From Armatimonadota bacterium (GTDB taxonomy: Bacteria; Armatimonadota; UBA10988), in assembly GCA_016235455.1 (NCBI GenBank), contig JACRKZ010000089.1:1-29893 (forward strand): DNA of 29,893 nucleotides, in the 5' to 3' direction. The notes beneath the pieces are model-generated. The model did no database searches. It had not been told where the DNA came from and worked only from the letters and a program-made list of their open reading frames with translations. The position numbers were made by a program, and so were the translations under genes. Positions 17,115-24,816 of the stretch are shown here, in pieces. Within the stretch, counting starts at the first letter, position 1. Each line of letters begins with the position of its first letter.

Positions 17115-18074
17115 GTGGAAGGCTTGATGGTAGCGGGCGTACTGCTGGTGCTGGTGCTGACGTTCATTGGTCAGACGGTCAAGGTGGTGCCGCAGCAGCA
17201 CGCCTGGGTGGTGGAGCGGCTGGGCCGCTATGACCGCACGCTGGCCCCCGGCCTCAGCTTCGTGCTGCCGTTCATCGACCGCATCGCCTATCGGCACCTG
17301 CTCAAGGAGGTGCCGATGGATGTGCCCAGCCAGGTGTGCATCACCAAGGACAACACCCAGCTCTCGGTCGACGGCGTGATCTACTTCCAGGTGACCGACG
17401 CCCAGCGTGCCTCCTACGGCGCCAGCGACTACGTCATGGCCATCACGCAGCTCTCGCAGACCACGCTGCGTTCGGTCATCGGCCGGCTCGAGCTGGACAA
17501 GACCTTCGAGGAGCGCGACTTCATCAACCACACCATCGTCTCGGCGCTGGACGAGGCGGCGGTCAACTGGGGCGTGAAGGTGCTGCGCTACGAGATCAAG
17601 GACCTTACCCCGCCCGCGGCCATTCTGCACGCCATGCAGGCGCAGATCACCGCCGAGCGCGAGAAGCGCGCCCGCATCGCCACCTCCGAAGGCCGTATGC
17701 AGGAGGAGATCAACGTGGCCAACGGCGAGCGCCAGGCCGCCATCGCCAACTCCGAGGGCGAGCGCCAGGCCGCCATCAACCGCGCCCAAGGCGAGGCCTC
17801 GGCCATCCTGGCCATCGCCGAAGCCAGCGCCGAGGCGATCCGCAAGACCGCTGCCGCCATCGCTGAGCCGGGCGGCGAAGCCGCGGTCAACCTGAAAGTC
17901 GCCGAACGGTATGTTGAGGCGTTTGGCAACCTGGCAAAGGCGGGTAACACGCTGATCGTGCCCAGCAATCTGTCCGACGTGTCGGGGTTGATTGCCACGG
18001 CCATGAGCATTGTCAAGTCGGGGGACACCAAGCCGGCCCAGGTGGCCGGCGCGAAACCGGCGGCGCCGAAGTGA
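17115..18074 (+). CDS. SPFH/band-7 stomatin-like protein (QmcA/YbbK/paraslipin type)
   Basis: KVVPQQHAWVVERLGRY, QVCITKDN, QTTLRSVIG, WGVKVLRYEIKDLTPP, AEREKRA; GGGAGG RBS 6 nt before GTG 17115 (alternative start TTG 17109). Confidence 0.93.
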   Translation: MEGLMVAGVLLVLVLTFIGQTVKVVPQQHAWVVERLGRYDRTLAPGLSFVLPFIDRIAYRHLLKEVPMDVPSQVCITKDNTQLSVDGVIYFQVTDAQRASYGASDYVMAITQLSQTTLRSVIGRLELDKTFEERDFINHTIVSALDEAAVNWGVKVLRYEIKDLTPPAAILHAMQAQITAEREKRARIATSEGRMQEEINVANGERQAAIANSEGERQAAINRAQGEASAILAIAEASAEAIRKTAAAIAEPGGEAAVNLKVAERYVEAFGNLAKAGNTLIVPSNLSDVSGLIATAMSIVKSGDTKPAQVAGAKPAAPK

Positions 18075-19363
18075 CGCCGCGACGGCCAGCCAATGCCGTC
18101 AGGACCTGGTTGCTCGCGGCCATGGTCCTGACGGCGTGGGGGGCTCGCGCGTTAGACGTGGTGGCGACCAACGACCCCGCCGACCCCACTGTTTGGCCCA
18201 ACCGTGCCAGCAGCGCCAATTCCGACCGCTGGCTGGCCGAGCACCATGACCAGCTCCGCTCGATGGCGCCGCGCATCTTGGTGCTCAACTTCGCCAACGG
18301 CTGCACGGCGGCGCGGGCCGAGGTGACCGCGCGCGAGCTGGCCGCCGCGCTGTCCGAGAGCTCGCGCTACCACGGCTACGAGAAGCCCGAGGCCCCGGCC
18401 TTCCTGAGACCGCGCATCCTCAAGGTGGTCGACCTGACCGACCCCGCGCCATTCCCCACCACGCCGGATGGCAACAGCACGCGCTTCCCCCGCGTGCCCA
18501 ACTGGCACGAAGGCATGTTCAACTTCGTCTACCGCGAGCTGTACAGCGACCGCTTCGCCCAGTTCTACGGCATCGCTTCGCCCGACCAGCCCGGCCGGCC
18601 GTTGCCCCTGGCCGAGCTGGTGGCGCGCGGCATCGTGCATGAGGTGTGGTTCCTCGCACACCACGGCAAGGCCGGCGCGCCGTACGAATGCACCGAACTC
18701 AAGCCGGTCTACGACGAGCAGTTCCGCCGCGTGGGCGACGAGCATCGCCATGCGGGCAACGGCGGCGACCCGGACGAGCCCTGGCACGGCCGCAGCCTGC
18801 GCATCACCTTCATCAACTGGCAGCGCGGCATCGGCTGCGCGCTGGAGAACTTCGGCCATGCGCTGGAGGGTACGGCCAGCAGCCGGGTCATCCCCTACTT
18901 CACGCGCTACTTTGGCGAGTACGCGGGGTTCGACCTGGACAAGCGCTACGGCGCGCCGTTCGGCTCGTTCTACGCGGTGAACTACGGTCAGTCGGCGCTG
19001 GTCTACAGCGACCCCGATATGCTCACCGTCACCCATGGCGAACGCCGGGTCGTGCTCTCACCGTACATCCCCATCGGCGGCAACGTCCACTTCCCGCCCA
19101 ACGGCCGGCGCCACTACGACCTGGACAACCCCCAGCCGGTGCGCTCGACCATCGAGCACTACCGCCGCTTCGACGGCCCCGACGGCCGGGATCTGGCCGC
19201 GCCATGGAGCATCGACAGCTTCGCGCGGTACCGCCGGACCATGCCCGACTGCATGGGGCCGTGGCTGACCTACTGGCGCCAGAACATGCCGGGACTGGAT
19301 AACCCGTGCCGTGACGACGCGGGCCGGCCGATGAAGAACTGGTGGCCGTTCCTGTACTACTGA
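18071..19363 (+). CDS. Conserved-looking secreted hypothetical protein with a degenerate zincin-like motif
   Basis: Signal peptide ...LTAWGARA; GTGA overlap with the SPFH stop; GIGCALENFGHALE, GNVHFPPNGRRHYD, WLTYWRQNMPG, KNWWPFLYY. Confidence 0.75.
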   Translation: MTPRRPANAVRTWLLAAMVLTAWGARALDVVATNDPADPTVWPNRASSANSDRWLAEHHDQLRSMAPRILVLNFANGCTAARAEVTARELAAALSESSRYHGYEKPEAPAFLRPRILKVVDLTDPAPFPTTPDGNSTRFPRVPNWHEGMFNFVYRELYSDRFAQFYGIASPDQPGRPLPLAELVARGIVHEVWFLAHHGKAGAPYECTELKPVYDEQFRRVGDEHRHAGNGGDPDEPWHGRSLRITFINWQRGIGCALENFGHALEGTASSRVIPYFTRYFGEYAGFDLDKRYGAPFGSFYAVNYGQSALVYSDPDMLTVTHGERRVVLSPYIPIGGNVHFPPNGRRHYDLDNPQPVRSTIEHYRRFDGPDGRDLAAPWSIDSFARYRRTMPDCMGPWLTYWRQNMPGLDNPCRDDAGRPMKNWWPFLYY

Positions 19364-19372
19364 GTCGGGCGC

Positions 19373-21280
19373 TCAGCGCTTGGCCCAGTGCAGTCGAAGG
19401 GTGGCTGAGCGGACGTTGACCGCCGCGATGACTGGCTCGGCGGTGGTGTCCTGGCCGGGCGTGAACTGGGCTGTCGAGGCGTTGGTCGCGCGGAGTGTGC
19501 CGCCGCCGCTGACCAGGCGCCAGACGAAGCGCGGCCAGCCCACGGGTTTGCCGTCGGCGCCGTAGGCGACCGCCCGCAGTTCGACCATCTGGCCAGACTC
19601 GAGCAGCGGCCGGTCGGTCGTGATCTCCACTCTGTCCACCGGCGTACGCCAACCTGGCGCTGGCCACCATACGGGTGCTCCGTCCTGCTCCTGCTGCACG
19701 GTGACCCGTCGGCCGTCGCAGCCGTCCGGGCGAATGATGAAGATGTTGCCGGTGCCCGCCAACGCCGAGCCGTAGGCTATCCAGCGACCATCGGGCGACC
19801 AACTGGGTCGACCCTTCGCGCCGGCCTGACTGACCAAGTGGCGAACGTTGCTGCCGTCGGCATTCATTGCGTACAGATCGTTCCAGGGCCGGCCCTTGAC
19901 TCGGACGAAGAAGGCGATCTGCCCGCCGCCGGGGCTCCACGCTGGCGCGTGAGCGCCCACTCGGTCCAGCATACGCCGGGCCGCGGCCACACCATGCGCC
20001 GGCCGCATATAGAGGCGCTCCCCATCGTCGTCTTCGCGGGCCCAGACCAGCCATTGGCCGTCAGGCGAGAGAGCGGCCTCCTCGGCCGTGCCGGTGTCGG
20101 CCAGAGGCGCCGACCGGCCCGTGCTCAGGTCGATGTCGATCAGGCGTCGAGGCTCGCCCAGAGACGTGTAGATGAGGCCGTCGCCACCGGGCAGCCAGCA
20201 GGGCTGGCCGGGCAGGCCGACTGAGCTGACCGTGCTCTCGACGCGTGTGTCCAGGTAGAACGTGTGCAGGCCACTAATGCGACCGTCGGGCCTGACCATG
20301 TCGAAGGCGACACGCCGACCACCTGGTTCGGCGGCCAGGTGGCGCACACGGAACGCCGTGGAGATCAGCGAATGCCACTGAAAGTCGGCGCCGTCGGGCC
20401 GGACGGACGAGAGCATCTGGCGGTCCGCGCGTCGCGTGACGAAGAGCAGGCGCGTCTCGCCAAACGGTGACAGGCCGACCGGGATGCGCTGCTGATCCGC
20501 GGCATCGCGTCTGCTGGCCACGGCCAAGCCTAGCAGCAACGCAGCCACGCCCAGGGCCCCGAAGACGGCGCGCATGGTTGCCACACCCCGTCGGTGCTGC
20601 GCGACGAAGTCGAGGGCCTGCTCGGCGAGGCGCCGGTCGAGCGAGCGACGACCGGGCGCCAGCGGCAGAACCACATGGCCCTCGAGCAGGCTGATCACCC
20701 GAGCCAGGCGCTCCTCGCCCAGGCGCTCGTCGTGTTCAGCATTGCGCCAGTGCGCCCAGACTCGCGCGAGCGCGGCCACCGGATCCGCCAAAGCCCGGCC
20801 GTCGAGGATCACGCTAGGGTTGGCCGAGGGCGGCAGCGTGGTGTCGGCAGGCAACTGCACATCGGGCAGGGCGACGGCGTAGGCCTGCGTGAAGCGCCCG
20901 TGACGCCAGCCGCGACTGGTTGTCAGGTAGTGGGTCAGCGCGTGGAGCGCCTCGCTCGCCTGCCGAAGCGGGTCACGCGAACCCGGCCGCGGCTTGCCCA
21001 TCGCGGACAGGCTGACCCAGCCCTTGGCATGACCTCGGTACTCCAGGTGACCACCTTTGACCTCGATGACCATGAGGCCAAGGTCGGGATGGACCACAAT
21101 GAAGTCTGCCTCGCCATCGCGCTGCACACCGCGCGGCGAGACGCCCTGCCAGCGCACGCTGTAGAACACATGGTACGGCGCGGGCAGCCGGCTCAGCAGA
21201 TCGAACAGCCGGCATTCGGCGCGCCGGCCGGGCGACTGGCGGACCGATTCGGGTAGTTGGTTTGGGAACATGCGGGCCAT
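19373..21280 (-). CDS. NERD (PD-(D/E)XK) nuclease domain, TM helix, TolB-like PD40 beta-propeller and Ig-like domain fusion protein
   Basis: AECRLF, GEADFIVVHPDLGLMVIEVKGG, DPLRQA, YAVALPD; TM AVFGALGVAALLLGLAVA; ALSPDGQWLVW, PAWSPGGGQIAF, LYAMNADGSNVRHL, PSWSPDGRWIAY; C-terminal GQMVELRAVAYGADG...FVW. Confidence 0.8.
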   Translation of the reverse strand: MARMFPNQLPESVRQSPGRRAECRLFDLLSRLPAPYHVFYSVRWQGVSPRGVQRDGEADFIVVHPDLGLMVIEVKGGHLEYRGHAKGWVSLSAMGKPRPGSRDPLRQASEALHALTHYLTTSRGWRHGRFTQAYAVALPDVQLPADTTLPPSANPSVILDGRALADPVAALARVWAHWRNAEHDERLGEERLARVISLLEGHVVLPLAPGRRSLDRRLAEQALDFVAQHRRGVATMRAVFGALGVAALLLGLAVASRRDAADQQRIPVGLSPFGETRLLFVTRRADRQMLSSVRPDGADFQWHSLISTAFRVRHLAAEPGGRRVAFDMVRPDGRISGLHTFYLDTRVESTVSSVGLPGQPCWLPGGDGLIYTSLGEPRRLIDIDLSTGRSAPLADTGTAEEAALSPDGQWLVWAREDDDGERLYMRPAHGVAAARRMLDRVGAHAPAWSPGGGQIAFFVRVKGRPWNDLYAMNADGSNVRHLVSQAGAKGRPSWSPDGRWIAYGSALAGTGNIFIIRPDGCDGRRVTVQQEQDGAPVWWPAPGWRTPVDRVEITTDRPLLESGQMVELRAVAYGADGKPVGWPRFVWRLVSGGGTLRATNASTAQFTPGQDTTAEPVIAAVNVRSATLRLHWAKR

Positions 21281-21315
21281 GCAGGCGCCCCTTCTCTGGC
21301 TGGCCGTTGGGTTCC

Positions 21316-21344
21316 ATGATGCTCGTTGGCGACGCCGTCGTCAA
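21316..21344 (-). promoter_or_regulatory. Putative sigma70-like promoter of the NERD fusion gene
   Basis: Minus strand TTGACG (21344-21339), 17 nt spacer, CATCAT (21321-21316). Confidence 0.4.
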
Positions 21345-21622
21345 GGCGCCCTGAGACGGATAGGCACTGGCGGCCGATTCTGTACTACGGAGGGCGGGTG
21401 GACTAGAATCCAGAATGGCGGCGCGCCACGCGCACGAGTGAGGTCACGGTCGAGGTGGGTCGCGACGGCGTCCAGGGCCGGTTCATCACTCGGGGGCGCC
21501 ACTCTACGTCCGATCAAGCGCGCTTCTTCAGCAAGCGACGGTGCATCGCGCCGCTGCGAAGCACTTCGGTGACTGCGGCAGCGCGATGATGGCGTGCAGA
21601 ACGGGCCCGAGGAGCGAACGGC

Positions 21623-22279
21623 ATGGAGACACCAGAGCCGACGGTCAGCCGACCATCGCGTGGGCGGTGGCTATTGCGCCTGCTCGCCCTGGTGTGGCTC
21701 GCCGCGCTCGCCGGCGGCACCAGGTGGTGGCTGCGGCAGCCGTGCGTGGCGACGCGGGTCCTGGCGGTGGCCAGGCTGGACGATGAGACCACGGTCAGCT
21801 TGCTGCGGGCCGACTTTGTCAACCGCTTCGGCCGGTACCGCGACGATGAGGAAGATCAGGTCGTGCTCCGCGTCGACCGGCGCACCAGCCTCTACCACTT
21901 CCGTCACGAGTTCGTGGTGGCCGGCGGCCACTACTTCTCCGACAACCCGCTCGATGTCCGTGTCGCCCAGAGAAGCGTGTATCGATGGCGCATCTGGGTG
22001 GTCAACCCTCGCCCGTCGAGGTCACATGAGTCCCCGTTCGTGGGCGCGGAGGCCCACGCGGTCCTCGCCGCCTACGACGGCGGCAGCGGCCGATTCGTCA
22101 ACGCCCAGGGCTTCGTCGTGCCGGGCCGCATGGCGCTGGCCGAGCAGTGCCGGTGGCAGTTTGGCATGGAGCATGACAGCACGTGGAATCCCGTCGACGA
22201 TGGCCTTGAAATGGGCGATCTGCCGTCGTGGGCCACGCCAACCGGGGGGGCGGTTGTGCTCCGCTGGCAGGGCCGCTAG
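21623..22279 (+). CDS. Hypothetical membrane-anchored protein
   Basis: GAGGAG RBS; N-terminal TM WLLRLLALVWLAALAGG; GC3-biased codons; stop shares CTAG (22276-22279) with the convergent gene. Confidence 0.65.
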   Translation: METPEPTVSRPSRGRWLLRLLALVWLAALAGGTRWWLRQPCVATRVLAVARLDDETTVSLLRADFVNRFGRYRDDEEDQVVLRVDRRTSLYHFRHEFVVAGGHYFSDNPLDVRVAQRSVYRWRIWVVNPRPSRSHESPFVGAEAHAVLAAYDGGSGRFVNAQGFVVPGRMALAEQCRWQFGMEHDSTWNPVDDGLEMGDLPSWATPTGGAVVLRWQGR

Positions 22280-23781
22280 TTCGCTCCCGGCCTGCCGACC
22301 ACCACCGGCAGCTCGATCTCGCTCGACTGGCCACCGTCGACCCAGCGAAGGGTGATCTTGGCCTGGCCGCCGGGCGGCGCGTTCGCGCCGAGCTTGGCCG
22401 TCAGGTTGTAGTAGTAGGCGACCAGCTTCTGCGGCACATGCATCACGAACCGCGGGCCGGCGTCCGTCACGCGGCAGATGAGCCACTCGGCGGAAGACGT
22501 GCAGGTCAAGGTGCCGCGGGTGCGCGTGGTGACCCGGACGGGGAGCCCCATGGGCCCGCCGATGGTGAGCTGCAGGCGCTCCGCGGCGACGACCATCGGC
22601 TTGTCGCCGCGCAGCGCAAACCACTCGGCCACGGCTTCGGCGGCGGCGACCTGCTGCCGGATGGTGGACTTCATCCCGTCGGTCGCGGCGGCCAGGGCGG
22701 CGCGCGCGGCGTCGAGCCCGGCGGTGCCTGCGATTTGTGCCTCGGCCAGCTTGTCCTGGGCCAGCAGCAGCCGGCAGCGTTGCAGGTGCCACAGGCCGGC
22801 GGCCTCGGTCTGGGCCAGGCCTTCGCTGGCGGCGACCAGCCCTTCGGCCGTGTCGACGATGCCCTCGTTGCAGAGCTGGAAGCCGGCGCTGTCCACCGAC
22901 TGGGCCAGGCGCAGCACGGAGCGGTTCCGGACGGCCTGGTTGACGGCGTCGATGACCAGCGCGCCGCCGCGCCGGCGGTCGCCAGAGCGCATCAGATCGA
23001 TGCCGGCGCAGGTCTCGTAGTCGAGCCAGTCGGCGGTGTTGCTGGTGTAGCGTCCGCCGCGCATCCAGGTGGCCACGGCCTTGTCGTACTGCTTGGTCCA
23101 GCGGTAAAAGGTGGCCAGCGTGGTGAGCGGCGGCACCGGCCCGTTCTGCCGGCCAAACTCCGACAGGGCCAGCTCGCACAGGGCGACGCAGCGCTCATCG
23201 CGGCGCCGCATCAGTTCATCGGCCACCGGCTGCCTGGCCACGGCGGGCAAGGCACCGGGCGCCACCAGGTCCAGGCCGCTGTCGACCAGCGCCGCGGCGA
23301 CACGGTACACGAGGCTCAGGTTGACCGGCGACTCGGCCTTGGCGTCCGTCACCGCCTGGATCAGCACCTTGGGCTCGATCAGCCGCAGATTGCGGTCAAT
23401 TTCGGTCGAGCCCTCGCCCGCCTTGATGCGCCGGAAGACCTCGGCGGCGTCCATGGTCACCTGGACGGGCGCGACGCCGGGCAGAGCGGGCTGAACGGGC
23501 GCGGCGCCGGCCGCTGGCGGCACGGTCGGTCCGCCGAGATGCACGGGTGCGACGCCCCCGGCGCCGGCGGCGCGGGGCAGCGGCCTGACGGGCTCCGGCA
23601 GGCCCAGCGAACTGGCCAGTGGCGGGGTCAGCGCGGCCATCAGGTCCGGGCCGAGCTGCAACTGCCGGCACAGCGGCTGCCGCAGGTCGTAGCGCATCGG
23701 CGCCTGCTGGGCGGTGGCCGGGCCGGCGGCGCAGACCACGGCGAGAATGGCGGCATGTGCGAGTGGACGTGGCACACCCAT
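22276..23781 (-). CDS. Secreted hypothetical protein: Pro/Ala-rich linker, helical-repeat (TPR-like) core, C-terminal Ig/BACON-like domain
   Basis: AAGGG RBS then ATG 23781; signal peptide ...VVCAAGPATA; helical segments such as LATFYRWTKQYDKAVATW; LTCTSSAEWLICRV resembles the BACON Trp motif. Confidence 0.65.
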   Translation of the reverse strand: MGVPRPLAHAAILAVVCAAGPATAQQAPMRYDLRQPLCRQLQLGPDLMAALTPPLASSLGLPEPVRPLPRAAGAGGVAPVHLGGPTVPPAAGAAPVQPALPGVAPVQVTMDAAEVFRRIKAGEGSTEIDRNLRLIEPKVLIQAVTDAKAESPVNLSLVYRVAAALVDSGLDLVAPGALPAVARQPVADELMRRRDERCVALCELALSEFGRQNGPVPPLTTLATFYRWTKQYDKAVATWMRGGRYTSNTADWLDYETCAGIDLMRSGDRRRGGALVIDAVNQAVRNRSVLRLAQSVDSAGFQLCNEGIVDTAEGLVAASEGLAQTEAAGLWHLQRCRLLLAQDKLAEAQIAGTAGLDAARAALAAATDGMKSTIRQQVAAAEAVAEWFALRGDKPMVVAAERLQLTIGGPMGLPVRVTTRTRGTLTCTSSAEWLICRVTDAGPRFVMHVPQKLVAYYYNLTAKLGANAPPGGQAKITLRWVDGGQSSEIELPVVVGRPGAN

Positions 23782-23922
23782 GTCTGTCCCCTTGTCGTTG
23801 CGGGCGGCAAATCCCCTGACGGTTCGCCCCCACCCGGGTCTACCACAACCGCCGGCGCCGATCAAGCGAACCTGGGCAGGGGTGACGCCTCGCCCGCCGA
23901 ACACCGACGTTGGGAGCACGCC

Positions 23923-24816
23923 ATGAACCTCGGCCTGGTCAACCTCGACACCAGTCACGTCATCGCCTTCACCGAACTGCTGCACGGCGATCCCGACGCC
24001 TTCGGCGGTCTGCGCGTCACCCACGCCTGGCGCGGCGCCTCGCGCGTGCGCGGCACGGCCGACATCGAGGCCTATGCGGCGCGCCTGCGCGATGAGTTCG
24101 GCGTGACGCTGGTCGACGACCTGGACGACCTGGTGCCGCTGGTCGACGCGGCGCTGATCGAAGCCAACGAGGGCTCACGCCATCTGGCCCACGCCCGGCC
24201 GTTCCTGGCCGCGGGCAAGCGTTGCTGGATCGACAAGCCGCTGGGCGCCACCGTGCTCGAGGCGCGCGAGATCCTGGAACTGGCGCGCGAGGGCCAGACG
24301 GCCGTCTTCTCGGCCTCGGCGCTACGTTTCCTGCCGTCGGTCCGGACGCTGGCCGCCGGGCACGGCAGCATCACCGCCGCCGACGTGCAGACGCCCGCGC
24401 CGCAGCACTGGGCCAACCCCGGCCTGCTGCACTACGGCATCCACGGGGTGGAGATCCTCATGGCGCTGCTGGGCAGCGACTGCCGCCGGGTGCACTGCGT
24501 GCGCGGCGCCGACAGCGAGGTCTGCACGGGCCTGTGGGCCGACGGCCGGCTGGGCACGCTGCGCTGCCGTTACACCGGGCCGCACCACTACGTGGTTACC
24601 GCCGAGCGGCGCAACGAGGGCTCGACGCTGCACCAGGAGCAGCTCATGCTGGCCGACATCTACCGGCCGCTGGTGACCGAGGTGGCCAGCTTCCTGACCA
24701 CCGGGCAGAGCCCGCTGCACGAGGCCGACATGCTGGCCACCATCGCCTTCATCGAGGCGGCGGCGCTGTCGGCGCGGCTGGGCGGCGTCGGCGTGGAGTT
24801 GGAGCGGTGGGTGTGA
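23923..24816 (+). CDS. Gfo/Idh/MocA-family oxidoreductase
   Basis: GGGAG RBS; MNLGLVNLDTSHVIAF, HLAHARPFLAAGKRCWIDKPL, FSASALRF, YGIHGVE. Confidence 0.88.
   Translation: MNLGLVNLDTSHVIAFTELLHGDPDAFGGLRVTHAWRGASRVRGTADIEAYAARLRDEFGVTLVDDLDDLVPLVDAALIEANEGSRHLAHARPFLAAGKRCWIDKPLGATVLEAREILELAREGQTAVFSASALRFLPSVRTLAAGHGSITAADVQTPAPQHWANPGLLHYGIHGVEILMALLGSDCRRVHCVRGADSEVCTGLWADGRLGTLRCRYTGPHHYVVTAERRNEGSTLHQEQLMLADIYRPLVTEVASFLTTGQSPLHEADMLATIAFIEAAALSARLGGVGVELERWV

Noticed and set aside
17724-17777. Exact 21-nt direct repeat GGCGAGCGCCAGGCCGCCATC at 33-nt spacing
   Set aside because: Encodes the normal 11-residue coiled-coil repeat (GERQAAI) of SPFH proteins; not CRISPR or a mobile-element repeat.
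22228-23922. 862-aa ORF suggesting a long N-terminal fusion to the Gfo/Idh/MocA protein
   Set aside because: The extension is the antisense of the 23781-22276 gene; an RBS and typical N-terminus are present at 23923.
23782-23922. Divergent intergenic region containing GGCAAA and GC-rich stems, considered as a c-di-GMP riboswitch
   Set aside because: Lacks the GNRA tetraloop/receptor and second-stem consensus.
24222-24812. N-terminal extension of the beta-helix ORF
   Set aside because: Off-frame overlap with the oxidoreductase; the signal peptide starts at GTG 24813.
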